Shown here in pieces: positions 49,170 to 58,382 of a DNA stretch of 64,000 nucleotides. Location: the NCBI GenBank assembly GCA_963664115.2, contig CAXWPJ010000007.1, positions 32,001-96,000 on the forward strand. The letters run 5' to 3'. The stretch comes from Terriglobia bacterium (GTDB lineage Bacteria; Acidobacteriota; Terriglobia; 20CM-2-55-15). The notes below the pieces were generated by a model. The model did not search any database, had not been told where the DNA came from, and saw nothing but the letters and a program-made list of their open reading frames with translations. How positions within the stretch are numbered: the first letter of the stretch is position 1; every line of letters begins with the position of its first letter. A program made the position numbers and the translations under genes.

Positions 49170-49928
49170 TCACGCTCCCTGAACATAACGAATAAAAATA
49201 TCTTCCAGATAGTGTTCCCCGGTGGCTTCGCGGAGTTCTTCCAGGGTCCCGGACATCAGTATCCGGCCCTTGTGAATGATCGCGATCCGGTCACACAGCT
49301 TCTCGGCTTCGCTCATGACATGCGTTGAAAACAAAATCGTCTTTCCTTCGTTCCGGAGTTCCCTGATCTCCCGATGAACCTCCAGGGCGTTCAATACATC
49401 AAGACCCACGGTTGGTTCGTCGAAGATGAGAACGGGGGGATCATGAGCCAGCGTCCGGGCAATGGAAACTTTCTGTTTCATTCCTGACGAGAGCTTTTCC
49501 ACGCGGGCATCGGCATAGTCGGCAAGGTTGAAACGCTCGATGAGTGACCCGACGCGATCGGCGAGATCTGGGGCCGGGTAGTGATTGATGCTGGCGAAAA
49601 ACGCTATCGTCTCCCGTGCCGTCAGCCTTGGATAGAGGGCCGTCGTTGAAGAGTAAAAGCCTAAGTGCCGGCGCGCTTCGGTGGGGGCCCGAACCACATC
49701 GTGACCCATGATCGATGCCCTTCCGGACGTGGGTGCAATGATCGTTGAAAGCATCCGCAGGATTGTTGTTTTTCCTGCACCGTTCGCACCAAGCAAGCCC
49801 AGGACCTCTCCACTCCGGGCATCAAAACTGAGGCCGTCCACTGCACGCACCGCTCCACGCGCTTCGTCGTGGAAGGTCTTCCCTAGATCGACCACCGAGA
49901 CGGTCAGCATTGGAAAACTCCACGGCAT
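49170..49928 (-). CDS. NatA-like ABC ATPase
   Basis: GANGAGKT, LSSGMKQK, FDEPTVGLD. Confidence 0.9.
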   Translation of the reverse strand: MPWSFPMLTVSVVDLGKTFHDEARGAVRAVDGLSFDARSGEVLGLLGANGAGKTTILRMLSTIIAPTSGRASIMGHDVVRAPTEARRHLGFYSSTTALYPRLTARETIAFFASINHYPAPDLADRVGSLIERFNLADYADARVEKLSSGMKQKVSIARTLAHDPPVLIFDEPTVGLDVLNALEVHREIRELRNEGKTILFSTHVMSEAEKLCDRIAIIHKGRILMSGTLEELREATGEHYLEDIFIRYVQGA

Positions 49929-49941
49929 GTCGGATGCGCCC

Positions 49942-51219
49942 TCACTGTCTTCGGCCCCACCGGAGAATTTCAGTCTTGAAAAAGCGTCCGAAACTGCTCG
50001 CGTGAGAACCCGTTAGAAAATCCTCATGAGAGAGAATTTTGTGCGCCAGTGAAAGCGCCAGTGCGATCGTCATGACCTCGACCGCCATCGTGATGCCGAT
50101 CAGACGCCAGCTGTAAAACCCTTCGATCGCATCCCGGAACATCAAGGTGACGTTGACTACCGGGACGAGTGCCAGCTCCGCGGTGAGGTGGAGATCCGGA
50201 GCCTGAAGGAACATCACCGGGATCAGGATCGCAATATAGAAGGGTCCGATCATAGCCTGTCCTTCGCGAAACGTCCGGGCGAAAGAGGCCAGGATCATCA
50301 TGCCGGCGGAGACAAAGAGCGCCATGAGCGCCGCGCCCAGGACCAGTACGACGATCGTGGCAAATGGAAGCCGGAAGCTGAGCCCTGAGGCGTCCTCACC
50401 GGCAAGGGGGGCCAGTATGGCCCCGAGGGAAATCATGATCGCGATCACGTTGAGCATCCCGGCCGTGAATGACATCGTGGCGACGTACAGATACTTTGCG
50501 ATGACGATGCTGCTGCGGCGGCTCGATACCGTCATCAACGTTTCCCATGTCGCGTTTTCCCTTTCGCCTGCAGTCGCGTCAATCGCGGGATAGACGCCAC
50601 CCACGACAAGCATGATGACCATTAGAAGTGGAACGAGCAGTCCAAGAATGAACCGGCCCATCTCGTTCGCTGTGGCCAGATTCTCCTGCTCGATCCAGAC
50701 ATGCTGGATTGTGGCCTCACGGATGCCGGCGTCCCGGACGCGCTCGAGCAGATACTGCTGGCGGTAGTCGGAAAGATAGTCGTTCAGCCGCGCCTCGGCG
50801 GTGCGACTGCGATTGCGCGAGCCGTCGTAGAGAAGGCGCACCCGGAAATCGTCGACGAGATTTCTAAGGTCCGTGGTTCCCGTGCCCGGGCTTTGAATAA
50901 ACTCGATGGCAACATCAAGGTCCCCTCGTCGGAGGCTGTCCTCCGGGAAATCAAGGGAGAGGATTTCCACTGATATCTGATTTTCGAGAAAATTTTGAAA
51001 TGCACCGTGCTCGGCGGGCAGGTCCGCCAACACAATTCGGGACGTCAGACGCTCCGATTGGCCAGCGACAAAGGAGATGCCCGAATAGCCCAGCCACAGC
51101 AAGACCGGATAGAGCAGAATAGGCAGGATGATGCTGTTGATGACGATATTGCGCTCACGCAGCGCCGAGCGCAGCTCCCGCGTATAAAGCGTCCTTATCT
51201 CAGCGACACGGTCTCTCAA
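49942..51219 (-). CDS. NatB-like ABC-2 permease
   Basis: AIDATAGERENATWETL; FARTFREGQ. Confidence 0.88.
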   Translation of the reverse strand: MRDRVAEIRTLYTRELRSALRERNIVINSIILPILLYPVLLWLGYSGISFVAGQSERLTSRIVLADLPAEHGAFQNFLENQISVEILSLDFPEDSLRRGDLDVAIEFIQSPGTGTTDLRNLVDDFRVRLLYDGSRNRSRTAEARLNDYLSDYRQQYLLERVRDAGIREATIQHVWIEQENLATANEMGRFILGLLVPLLMVIMLVVGGVYPAIDATAGERENATWETLMTVSSRRSSIVIAKYLYVATMSFTAGMLNVIAIMISLGAILAPLAGEDASGLSFRLPFATIVVLVLGAALMALFVSAGMMILASFARTFREGQAMIGPFYIAILIPVMFLQAPDLHLTAELALVPVVNVTLMFRDAIEGFYSWRLIGITMAVEVMTIALALSLAHKILSHEDFLTGSHASSFGRFFKTEILRWGRRQ

Positions 51220-51353
51220 CGGCGTCCTCCGTGAGCTCGCGCAAGCGCATCTTTCCAGCTTTAGGGGGCGGATACTTGATAAAGGCGTGCTTTGATCCTG
51301 ACACCTCCATTTTAAGGGTCCGTCTCCTCGGGGAGGGATTGTACTCTATCCCT

Positions 51354-52579
51354 ATGCCCTCGATCTCTATGACGAGTATTGCCGCGGAAGTGGTGGCTCT
51401 GTTGTGGCTGGGGGCGGGGGTTTACCTGGGTTTGGGATGGCTGCGCTTCGAAGGACTTCTCCGCGCCAGCGCTCGGCCCGGTATCGCGGGAGGGCCCTTG
51501 CCATCCGTATCGCTTGTGATAGCCGCGCGCAACGAAGCGGACAGCATCGGCGACACTCTCGACCGGCTCTCCCGCGTGGATTATCCAGAGCTTGAAATCG
51601 TGGTGGTCAACGATCGGTCACGAGATGGCACGGGTCAGATTGCGTCCGAATACATCCGCACGCTAGGGGGACTCAAGGTGGTGGATATCGAAACGCTACC
51701 CCCGGAATGGCTCGGAAAGACGCATGCGCTCCATGAAGGCTCCAAACAGAGCTCTGGTGAGTGGCTGTGTTTTATTGATGCCGACGTGCCATCCCGTGTC
51801 AGGCAACCTCTGGATCGCTTCGCTCGAACCGGACTGCCTCAGACGTGCTCGAACCGGACTGCCTCAGACGTGCGTGGCCGGCCCGGATGAGGCGTCTGGA
51901 CCATCTCTGCCTGTTTCCTGCGCTTCGAACCCACGGACTACTCGAAAGCGCGTTCGTCATGACGTTCGGGTTCTATTTCGGGGTGTACATGCAGCCCTGG
52001 AAGGCAAAAGATCCGAGGTCTAAGAAATTTTGTGGTGTCGGTGCCTTCAACCTGATCCGGCGGAACGCTTATGAAGCGATCGGTGGACACGAACGATTGC
52101 GTATGGAGGTCGCAGACGATATCAAGCTGGGCAAGCTGGTGAAGCAGCACGGCTACCGACAGGATGCGATGGACTCCGACGGTCGGGTTCATCTGCGGTG
52201 GCAGAAGGGCGGGGTCGGTGCATACCTCCGGGGTATCGAAAAGAACGCTTTCGCGGGGGTGGATTACAGTCTCGTGCGCGTGGCGTTGGGCAGCGTGGCA
52301 ATCATAATGATGAGCATCTTTCCTTTCGTTGCGGTGACCGTGGGCGATTTCACCGCACGCTCAGCTGGGGCAGTGGCTCTGGCCGTCATCGCACTCGCTT
52401 ACGGACCCCTGGGCCGCCCACTCAACAAATCACGCCTGTACTTTGTGACGCACCCGCTGGGAGCAGGAATTCTTCTGTCCGGGTTGTGGATTTCTACCGT
52501 AAAAACGCTCTGGCGTGGCACCGTCGTCTGGCGGGGAACAGCCTATCCGCTTCCATTGTTGAAAAAATATCTCGTCTGA
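51354..52579 (+). pseudogene. Family-2 glycosyltransferase split by insertion/duplication
   Basis: IAARNE, VNDRSRDGT, WLGKTHA, FIDADV in one frame; LEPDCLRRA...DDIKLG in another; 25-bp tandem repeat at the junction. Confidence 0.8.
51822..51871. repeat. 25-bp exact tandem duplication
   Basis: GCTCGAACCGGACTGCCTCAGACGT x2. Confidence 0.95.
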
Positions 52580-52710
52580 GGTATCTCGTGTTCTTTCGCT
52601 AATGGGATGGTGGTGCCTCAGTTTAAAAAGACAGGTCCGTTCCTAGCTGGAGCGAATCATCTTTTTGCACTGACGCCTCGGCTGCTGCCTCCTCAATTTA
52701 AAAGCCGTCC

Positions 52711-52739
52711 ATCCGCAGCGGGGGACCGCTGCGGATTTT
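52711..52739 (+). terminator. Hairpin/terminator
   Basis: ATCCGCAGCGG-ggga-CCGCTGCGGAT-ttt. Confidence 0.5.
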
Positions 52740-52943
52740 CCGGGGCCTGCTTCAACAGGTCGGTTTGCCCCATAAGCCTCTCCATCAGGATGATGGAGAG
52801 GGACGCCGGTCGTTCGGCCAGGATGGCCGTTTGAACGACCGAGCGAAGTCCCCCCTAGACGGAGACTGAATTTCAAGCCGGGGCACTACTTCTAGGATGA
52901 CTTTCTGAACGCAAGGGAAGGCCATCGAAGCTCGAGAGACGGA

Positions 52944-52978
52944 CAGATGCCGGCCGGGATTCCTCCGGCCGGCATCTG
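52944..52978 (-). terminator. 14-bp stem directly downstream of the FAH gene
   Basis: CAGATGCCGGCCGG-gattcct-CCGGCCGGCATCTG. Confidence 0.6.
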
Positions 52979-52986
52979 GGACGCGT

Positions 52987-54135
52987 TTAATCCCGATAGC
53001 TATCGCCCGGGGGCAGGCGTGCGCCGCTGCCCGGTCTCGGCGCTTCTTCGCCCACCACGGGCAAACGCAACGTGCCGATTCCATCGATGCTGGCCACGAT
53101 CTCCTCGCCCGCTTGCAGGAAGCGTTGCTCACCGCGGACCGCGGTGCCCGCCCCGGTGCCGCCCGACGTCCCGTTGTTGATCACGTCGCCCGGGAAAAGC
53201 GTGACGATAGAGGAACCATATTCGACCAATTCCCAGAGAGAGTGAATCATGTCACCCCCGGTGGCTTCCTGCATCGAAGTGCCGTCGATGCTTAGAGTTT
53301 GCCGAAGAATTTCCATGGGATTGCCGTAGAACTCCTTCGGGATGATCCATGGACCCGTGGGCAAAAACGTGTCGTGTCCTTTGCCGACAAACCAATCGGA
53401 TTGCAAGGGATTCCCTCCGGGCGGTCTTCCGCCCCGGTCGGAGATGTCAAGCGAGACCATATAGCCGAAGATGTAATCTTCGGCTTCGTCTGCGGTGACG
53501 TATTTTGCCGCACGACCGATCACCGTGGCGAGTTCCACCTCCCAGTCGATTCGGGTGCGGCCATAGGGCAGCACGACGGGGTCGCCGTTGCCGATCACAG
53601 CCCCCTCAGAGGGCTTCAGGAAAAGATAGGGCACTCCCCGGTTTTCCCGCCGCTGGCGGCGCGCCTCTGTGCGTTCTTCGGGTGTTCCTTGCTCGTCCAC
53701 ATGGCTGTAGAAATTGACGGCGGCGTTCAGGATCTTGCCGGGATACATGATAGGTGGCAGTGTCCGGAGCGCGCTGACTTCGTAGACGAAGTCCGGCCGG
53801 GCGTTACCGGTCAGCTGGTTGTCGAGAACGAGATCGTTGACGATTTCGTAAAGCCGGAACTTCAGGCCGTATTCATAGCGGCTGATCAATTCCCGCATAT
53901 CTGCCGGCATGGGAATCGACGGGTACATGGGATTCGATTCCAGGGCCGCGTTCGCCTCGTTGAGGTCGGCGATCAGGCTGTCACGCAGAACAATGCCGAC
54001 CCGCGGAACGCCGTCGATCTCGAACGTTCCTACCTTGAAGGGCTCGGTGCTTGTCGTTGCGGGCCCGCCCTGTGCCGCGAGCAGGCCAGGGCTCAGAAGG
54101 GCCACAAACACAGTCAGAATTAAAGTAAGTCGCAT
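52987..54135 (-). CDS. Fumarylacetoacetate-hydrolase family protein with signal peptide
   Basis: MRLTLILTVFVALLSPGLLAAQ; DWEVELA, DISDR, GKGHDTF, PGDVI. Confidence 0.88.
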   Translation of the reverse strand: MRLTLILTVFVALLSPGLLAAQGGPATTSTEPFKVGTFEIDGVPRVGIVLRDSLIADLNEANAALESNPMYPSIPMPADMRELISRYEYGLKFRLYEIVNDLVLDNQLTGNARPDFVYEVSALRTLPPIMYPGKILNAAVNFYSHVDEQGTPEERTEARRQRRENRGVPYLFLKPSEGAVIGNGDPVVLPYGRTRIDWEVELATVIGRAAKYVTADEAEDYIFGYMVSLDISDRGGRPPGGNPLQSDWFVGKGHDTFLPTGPWIIPKEFYGNPMEILRQTLSIDGTSMQEATGGDMIHSLWELVEYGSSIVTLFPGDVINNGTSGGTGAGTAVRGEQRFLQAGEEIVASIDGIGTLRLPVVGEEAPRPGSGARLPPGDSYRD

Positions 54136-54285
54136 GTTGCTCCTTAGGCGCAGCTGGTAGCTACTGAGTGAAACTGCATAAAAGTGAAAAGTTTTTCTTA
54201 TTCGGGTTTTTACTCTGGTGAGGCTCGACTGTCAAGGTTCCAAATAACCTGGGCTCACCTCGGGATTCAGGCGGGCGCAATAAAG

Positions 54286-54312
54286 AAAAAAGTCCGGACA
54301 AGCGCGCCGGAC
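54286..54312 (-). terminator. Rho-independent terminator
   Basis: Minus strand GTCCGG-N9-CCGGAC-TTTTTT. Confidence 0.65.
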
Positions 54313-54337
54313 CTTTTCACTTTAAACCGGCCCACGA

Positions 54338-55195
54338 TTACCGTTCCGGCATCAGCTCCCGGATCCGTTGTTTGAACTCCGGGTACATCGTTTCCGGCCC
54401 GCCCTGGGTGGCCTCGAGTGGGAGCGAGTAAACGCCCGCGGCTTCCAGGGCATAGGGGTTTTCCCCGGGGAAATAGTGGGGTACAAACCCGACCGGCCGG
54501 TCGACCTCCGTCACCACCGTGCACGGATACGGCGGCACCTGCTGATTCCGTTCCCAAAGGAATTCGCCGGTACGAATGAGAGGCTCCTCCAGGTAAATCG
54601 GATCGTAGGTGATCGTGGTCCAGGTGATGACGTCGTCATTCCGAATCAGGTATTCGACGACTTCGGCCCTGTCGCTTCGCGGCAGGCCGTTTCTTCGAAT
54701 GTAGTCTTCCTTGATGTGCGTGGTGTGAATCCGCAGGACGTCGCCAACCCATTCACCGGTGGAAAATCCGGACCAGGTATGCGGTTCGTTCGGGCCCGGG
54801 TGCGGGCGGCCGTCCATGTAGACGGGGCGGTCGACCGAACGCAACCATTCCATGTGGTACGCGACGATATTCCGCGTCACAGGATCAATTTCCGCTGTGA
54901 TAAAGGGATCTGAAGGCCCCCGGGTAATGTAGTCCACCCCATGGGGGCGGCACTGCCACTCGGGCAGGGACTGGATCGACGAATCCCAGAGTTCGGCTCT
55001 CGCCCGGGACGCGTCGTTGATCGGCATCCCCATGTATTCACCGAGTTCCGGACCGCCGGCCCGCTCATCGCGGTCCTCGTCGAAGACGGGTCCCCATTGA
55101 CCTGAGATGTCCATCTGGGCAAACGCCGGATCGCTGAGAAACATACCAATGGCCAGGACCATGACCAGACCCGGGAAAGAAATAACCCTATTCAT
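54338..55195 (-). CDS. Secreted hypothetical protein (paralog of 57262..58116)
   Basis: Signal peptide ending AFAQ; SD AGGAGG; near-identical mature region. Confidence 0.85.
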   Translation of the reverse strand: MNRVISFPGLVMVLAIGMFLSDPAFAQMDISGQWGPVFDEDRDERAGGPELGEYMGMPINDASRARAELWDSSIQSLPEWQCRPHGVDYITRGPSDPFITAEIDPVTRNIVAYHMEWLRSVDRPVYMDGRPHPGPNEPHTWSGFSTGEWVGDVLRIHTTHIKEDYIRRNGLPRSDRAEVVEYLIRNDDVITWTTITYDPIYLEEPLIRTGEFLWERNQQVPPYPCTVVTEVDRPVGFVPHYFPGENPYALEAAGVYSLPLEATQGGPETMYPEFKQRIRELMPER

Positions 55196-55277
55196 CTAAC
55201 CCTCCTGTGAGCGCTCAATTCGCTTATTCTGCTTTGCAATTCCTGTACTAACAAGCACGTCATAGTGATTTCTATAC

Positions 55278-56066
55278 CTACTCGTAAGCTGAGCACGGTG
55301 TCGGATTCCACTTGGCACCATTCGGCTCCTTCTTATAGTGCGTGCTTTGCATGTACCGCCGCGTCAGGTAGAGGGGGTCCTCATAGAACGCGGTCAGCAC
55401 GAGCCAGGAATCAGCGGGGAAGCCAGCGACACTGGGTTCATCAAAACTGAACAAGTACTCCGTCATAACTGTCTGATTACTGTATGGAACACCATTGCGG
55501 CGGAGGTAGCCCATGTTCATATGGTCAGTGACGACCTTCAGTCGGCCGGCCGGTTCCGAACCAGGCTCGCGGCCACCGCCTGCACGGGTCCATTCCGCAC
55601 GGGAAAAACCCTGCCAGGCGTTTTCATCCGGCGCTTCAACCGAAGGATCGAAGTGGAGCATGCGGGTTTGCGTCCCGGCATCGGTATCGATCCGGAGCGT
55701 GTTCTCGTCCTCCCAGGTGATGTGTAGGCGCCCGGGAATGCGCATGACGCCTCCGGCACCGTAATATCGGCATTCTTCGCCGGCGGCGGCGTCGGCATCG
55801 GGATCCCAGGCGTCAGCAATTTCCTCGGCAGCAGGCGTCATGGCGGTACTTTCGTAGTCGCCCTTACTCGCAACGACCATCCGGTGCCGCCAGCCTTCGG
55901 TGACTACGGATACCCAATAACCGGTAGGGTCGATCGGAGCGATTTCTTGTGCCGGGCCCTGGGGGCCACGGCCTCTTTGCGCGAGTGCATTCGAAGGGAC
56001 AACCAAGAGGATCGCAAGTAAAAGCCCTCCCAGAAGGTGACTCCAGGTAATGTTTCGATCACTCAT
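55278..56066 (-). CDS. Secreted hypothetical protein, distant relative of the paralog pair
   Basis: Signal peptide ending ALAQ; shares WxGFS..W, YxRRNGxPxS and DPxYL motifs. Confidence 0.8.
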   Translation of the reverse strand: MSDRNITWSHLLGGLLLAILLVVPSNALAQRGRGPQGPAQEIAPIDPTGYWVSVVTEGWRHRMVVASKGDYESTAMTPAAEEIADAWDPDADAAAGEECRYYGAGGVMRIPGRLHITWEDENTLRIDTDAGTQTRMLHFDPSVEAPDENAWQGFSRAEWTRAGGGREPGSEPAGRLKVVTDHMNMGYLRRNGVPYSNQTVMTEYLFSFDEPSVAGFPADSWLVLTAFYEDPLYLTRRYMQSTHYKKEPNGAKWNPTPCSAYE

Positions 56067-56067
56067 A

Positions 56068-57165
56068 TTATTCCCCTCTCCCTTCCACCAAACTTCGATA
56101 TACAGCGGTGACAAAATCCGTCGGCGTCCACGTGCGGTCGTCGCCATAGAGGCCGTCATAGGCCTTCGTGGGTCGTTCCTCCAGGACCTGATCCAGAGTC
56201 CATCCCCGGTTGATCATTTCCTGGATGTTATTTCGAACGATCGTCACCATGTCCCTGTAGTAACCCACATCGGCCGTATCGCTGACGCGGCCATGACCCG
56301 GGATGACCAGCGTTCCCCCCTCGCTCCGGAACTCCGGAATCGCGGTGTCGAGCACCCAATTCAGCGCATCGATCACACCATCGATACTTCCGCCGTTCTC
56401 GAGATCGACAATCGGATACCGCGTATGCGAGAAGAAATCACCGGTCACGATGATGTCCGAACGCGGGAAATAGACGACGGTGGCGTCTGTCGTGCTTGAT
56501 GGCATGTGGACCATCTTTACGCCATCACCGTTAAAGAAATGGCTGAGCTTGTACGAATCGCCGTAGAAGGTATCCGTGGGAAACATCTCAAAGGGAAGGC
56601 CGTCCTCGAGCATCCGGAAGAGGACTTCCTCACGGGCATATATAGCAGCGCCGACACCGGCGTCCTGGATCGATCCGGCAACGTTGCCGCCGACATAGGT
56701 GATTCCGCTGTCCTTGATGATCTGGTTTCCACCTGAGTGATCGGGATCTGCGCTGGTGTTGAGGATGTAGCGAACAGGCTTCGGCGGTGCATAGCCATCC
56801 CGATAGGCGAGAACCGAGAGACGCCCTTCAGCACCCCAGTTTTCTATTCCGGCCCAGGCATAGGCGCGCCCCTCGAGCTGCATGACCTGGATTTGAGCGA
56901 TCGTTTCCAACACTGCATCGGCCATTTCGGCCGTTCCCGAATCCACGAGCAAGACGCCGTCGGGACCGATCGAGGCCATGATGTTTCCACCTGCGCCCGC
57001 GAGCATGTAGATGGGGCCCCGCACCCAAACGACGTCGATCGGGTTCTCCTGAGCACTGGCGACGCTCCCCACGCCTAAGACGCCCAAAACCAAAGCCAGT
57101 ATGACGGGCAATAGTTTCGGGGAAGTCCCGGGCTTTAACCATTGAATGTTCATTCCACTCTCCAA
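56068..57165 (-). CDS. Secreted MBL-fold protein with degenerate metal site
   Basis: LLVDSG, NTSADPDHSGGN, GDFF, IPGHG. Confidence 0.85.
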   Translation of the reverse strand: MESGMNIQWLKPGTSPKLLPVILALVLGVLGVGSVASAQENPIDVVWVRGPIYMLAGAGGNIMASIGPDGVLLVDSGTAEMADAVLETIAQIQVMQLEGRAYAWAGIENWGAEGRLSVLAYRDGYAPPKPVRYILNTSADPDHSGGNQIIKDSGITYVGGNVAGSIQDAGVGAAIYAREEVLFRMLEDGLPFEMFPTDTFYGDSYKLSHFFNGDGVKMVHMPSSTTDATVVYFPRSDIIVTGDFFSHTRYPIVDLENGGSIDGVIDALNWVLDTAIPEFRSEGGTLVIPGHGRVSDTADVGYYRDMVTIVRNNIQEMINRGWTLDQVLEERPTKAYDGLYGDDRTWTPTDFVTAVYRSLVEGRGE

Positions 57166-57261
57166 ATTATTCTCATGCGACTAAACAGTCTGGCACCCCG
57201 GGGCCGGCGGCGCCGGGAGTCCGTAATTCTTTAACTTTGCTGATCACAGCGAGAAATGGAT

Positions 57262-58116
57262 CTAGCGCTCCGGCATTAATTCGCGGATGCGCTCTTTAAA
57301 TTCGGGATACATGGTTTCCGGTCCACCCTGGGTTGCCTCCAGCGGCAGCGCATAGACGCCTGCAGCTTCGAGCGCATAGGGATTCTCTCCCGGATAGTAG
57401 TGCGGTACAAACCCGGGTTCCCGATCCACCTCCGTGACCACCGTGCATGGATAGGGCGGGACTTGCTGGTTCGCGGTCCACTGGAATTCTCCTGTTCGAA
57501 TGAGGGGCTCCTCCAGGTATACCGGATCGTAGGTGATCGTGGTCCAGGTCATGACATCATCATTCCGGATCAGGTACTCCACAACCTCTGCACGGTCGCT
57601 CCTGGGCAGGCCGTTTCTTCGAATGTAGTCCTCCTTGATGTGCGTCGTATGGATCCGGAGGACATCACCCACCCAGGTGCCCGTAGAAAAGCCGGCCCAG
57701 ACGTGGGGTTCGTTCGGACCGGGATGCGGGCGCCCATCCATATAGATGGGACGGTCGACAGAACGTAACCATTCAAAATGGTAAGCGACGATGTTCCGCG
57801 TGACGGGATCGATTTCAGGGGTAATGAATGGCCGTGACGGACCGCGGGTGATGTAATCCACACCGTGAGGCCGGCACTGCCACTCGGGCAGGGACTGAAT
57901 TGAGGAATCCCATAGCTCGGCCCTGGCCCGGGACGCGTCATTGATCGGCATCCCCATGTATTCGCCCAGTTCGGGGCCCCCGACGCGCTCGTCGCGGTCT
58001 TCGTCCATTACGGGGGCCCACTGCCCCGAAATATCCATCTGCGCAAACGTGGGGACGACCCCAAAGGCCATCGCAATCACGCACATGCAGCATATTCTAA
58101 GAGGATCGGTGTTCAT
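57262..58116 (-). CDS. Secreted hypothetical protein (paralog of 54338..55195)
   Basis: Signal peptide ending TFAQ; near-identical mature region. Confidence 0.85.
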   Translation of the reverse strand: MNTDPLRICCMCVIAMAFGVVPTFAQMDISGQWAPVMDEDRDERVGGPELGEYMGMPINDASRARAELWDSSIQSLPEWQCRPHGVDYITRGPSRPFITPEIDPVTRNIVAYHFEWLRSVDRPIYMDGRPHPGPNEPHVWAGFSTGTWVGDVLRIHTTHIKEDYIRRNGLPRSDRAEVVEYLIRNDDVMTWTTITYDPVYLEEPLIRTGEFQWTANQQVPPYPCTVVTEVDREPGFVPHYYPGENPYALEAAGVYALPLEATQGGPETMYPEFKERIRELMPER

Positions 58117-58347
58117 ATTTCTGTCCTGAAAATCAAAAACCGCCTTCTCATCGGGAAAGCGATTGAGGCAGTCCGGTCCACTTTCGCTGGGGGCCCTAGA
58201 CCCCTGTTTCTAGAGTGTTATACACCCTCAAATGGGGGCGTCCAAGTCGAAACTTGGTTTTGGCGCCTTCGAACTCGCACCATTCTAAGCCATATCGTAA
58301 TCCGTCCCCAAATCAACGTCCGGTGGTCGGGCTTCGGTCGTCGCCAA

Positions 58348-58376
58348 TTGACTCCTGTCCCGACGGGTGCTAGCTT
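58348..58376 (+). promoter_or_regulatory. Sigma-70-type promoter, probably leaderless
   Basis: TTGACT-N17-TAGCTT with extended TG; ATG 6 nt downstream. Confidence 0.55.
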
Positions 58377-58382
58377 CCGCCC

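Noticed and set aside
51822-51871. CRISPR-like repeat
   Set aside because: Two abutting copies with no spacer and no cas genes; no CRISPR array seen in the window
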